From: Corallochytrium limacisporum Hawaii
Taxonomy: Eukaryota; Protista; Pluriformea
NCBI GenBank assembly: GCA_002811645.1
Contig: PDIP01000005.1
Span: 259,198-323,197, forward strand
Length of the DNA stretch: 64,000 bases
Reading direction: 5' to 3'
This document shows, one piece after another, positions 62,713 to 64,000 of this stretch. The translations under genes and the position numbers were made by a program. The stretch's first letter is position 1. Each line of letters begins with the position of its first letter. Under the pieces are notes generated by a model. The model ran no database searches. It had not been told where the DNA came from and saw only the letters and a list, made by a program, of their open reading frames with translations.

Positions 62713-64000
62713 GGTGGAGTTGTTACAAGAACTATACTGGTATAGATACCTGCTCTACGTCACGAAGATCATTGAACAAACATTCGTACAAGCACCTTCG
62801 CAAGCAGGGCATGCACCCATAGAACAACTAAGAGGCTCGAAAGAATACCAACAACAAGCCGGTGTGGGTCGATACCTTTTCCCATAGGAATTGTATGACC
62901 CATAGGAATGTCAGCAGTTGTACGGACAGTGCCCGCCCGTCCATCGAGGCACATAGCTCAGTTCGGAGTGCTACCTTGTGCGGACTGTGATCCGAGCTCG
63001 CGGCGGACGAATGGGACGAGTGAGTCGTGCTAGCTGGGCAAGCTCTATCTTCGTAAACTCGCAAAACTTCGGATGAAAAGGCGTGGTGCCTTCCAGTGAT
63101 GACAGTATCGCTAGGTGCACTTGTGTCAACGGCAGCCATCGTTGTTATCGAGAATCACCCCGCAGTTGTTCACCACAAAAGCTACAAACCATCCCACACC
63201 TTTTTAGGGACCTCACGATCCTTGTTCGTGAGCTCAGACGGAGGAAATCGTCGCCTGCAGTGTTCGTGATACCGGTGTTGCCATCCATGCCCGGCATCTA
63301 AACAAAGGACAAGGTCGTCAGCAAGCCGTTTCGGATTGCTTCTGTGCCCCCAAGGACGATGATGACGAGAATTAGCCAACACGAAACGCGAGGGTCCCCC
63401 GCACGAGAAACAAGGGGCCGGAGATTTTCCATACTGAAAGTATTGAATCACTTTTGTTATGTTTTGTTTGCATGTTACGTAAGCATTCGACACCAAGCAG
63501 GACGGATTTACGACAGTCAGGCGTTTCCTCCCATACGTTCGCTATGGGAAAATTTGGTGTTGTTGCGGTTCCCGAGAGACAACAAGTGCGTTTTCGTAGA
63601 CGTACCAATTTGTTGACAGCCTCGGAGAGTGGCCGCCAAACACAATAAATAGACTCCGTTCTATATAGAAAGCTATACCCTAAATCACATAATTATTTGA
63701 ATTAATTCCCAATCGTTACGCGGGTCGGTCTGGTCAGTTTGATTGCCAATACCAACCTCAACCACACGCGGCCACCATCTTACAGGTCTACAGATGTCTA
63801 TAAGCCAATACTGTAACATCTAATTTGTGATGTCGAACGATGCCATGATACATCATTGCATCTACGACCCGCAGAGAGATGTCAGCAGTGTATAATTTAC
63901 CAAGAAATCCACTTGCTTTCCAACGAGCTCCCCTGTCCGGTTGTAATTTCGGTGTACCCGGTACACGGTTTTCCTGAAACAACCGAGTTCAGCGATCGAG

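Overview
Eukaryotic, gene-dense, almost intronless window (about 50% GC) with about 27 protein-coding genes. Only one coding intron is evident, in RPL12. The gene set includes TFG, SPRYD7, WDR37, a DPF+MYST KAT6-type acetyltransferase, a KIF2-type kinesin-13, NCKAP1, a taxilin-like protein and a DNAJC27 remnant. Together with the lack of introns, this suggests a unicellular holozoan (an animal relative such as Corallochytrium or an intron-poor ichthyosporean); this is inference only. No rRNA, tRNA, CRISPR array or transposase was recognised. Main highlights: (1) an unannotated 281-aa protein at 11132-11977 that joins a Cdc42/Rac-binding CRIB motif to a Salvador-type SARAH domain, with a cluster of T-V-R motifs between them, making it a candidate Rho-GTPase-to-Hippo-kinase adaptor; (2) a fragmented DNAJC27/RBJ (RJL GTPase + J-domain) pseudogene at about 18495-18810 whose diagnostic segments are absent from the ORF track; (3) the RPL12 intron, which has tandem donor sites and a TACTAAC branch point; (4) a run of 13 genes that strictly alternate strand. 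All homology calls come from remembered sequence motifs, not database searches.
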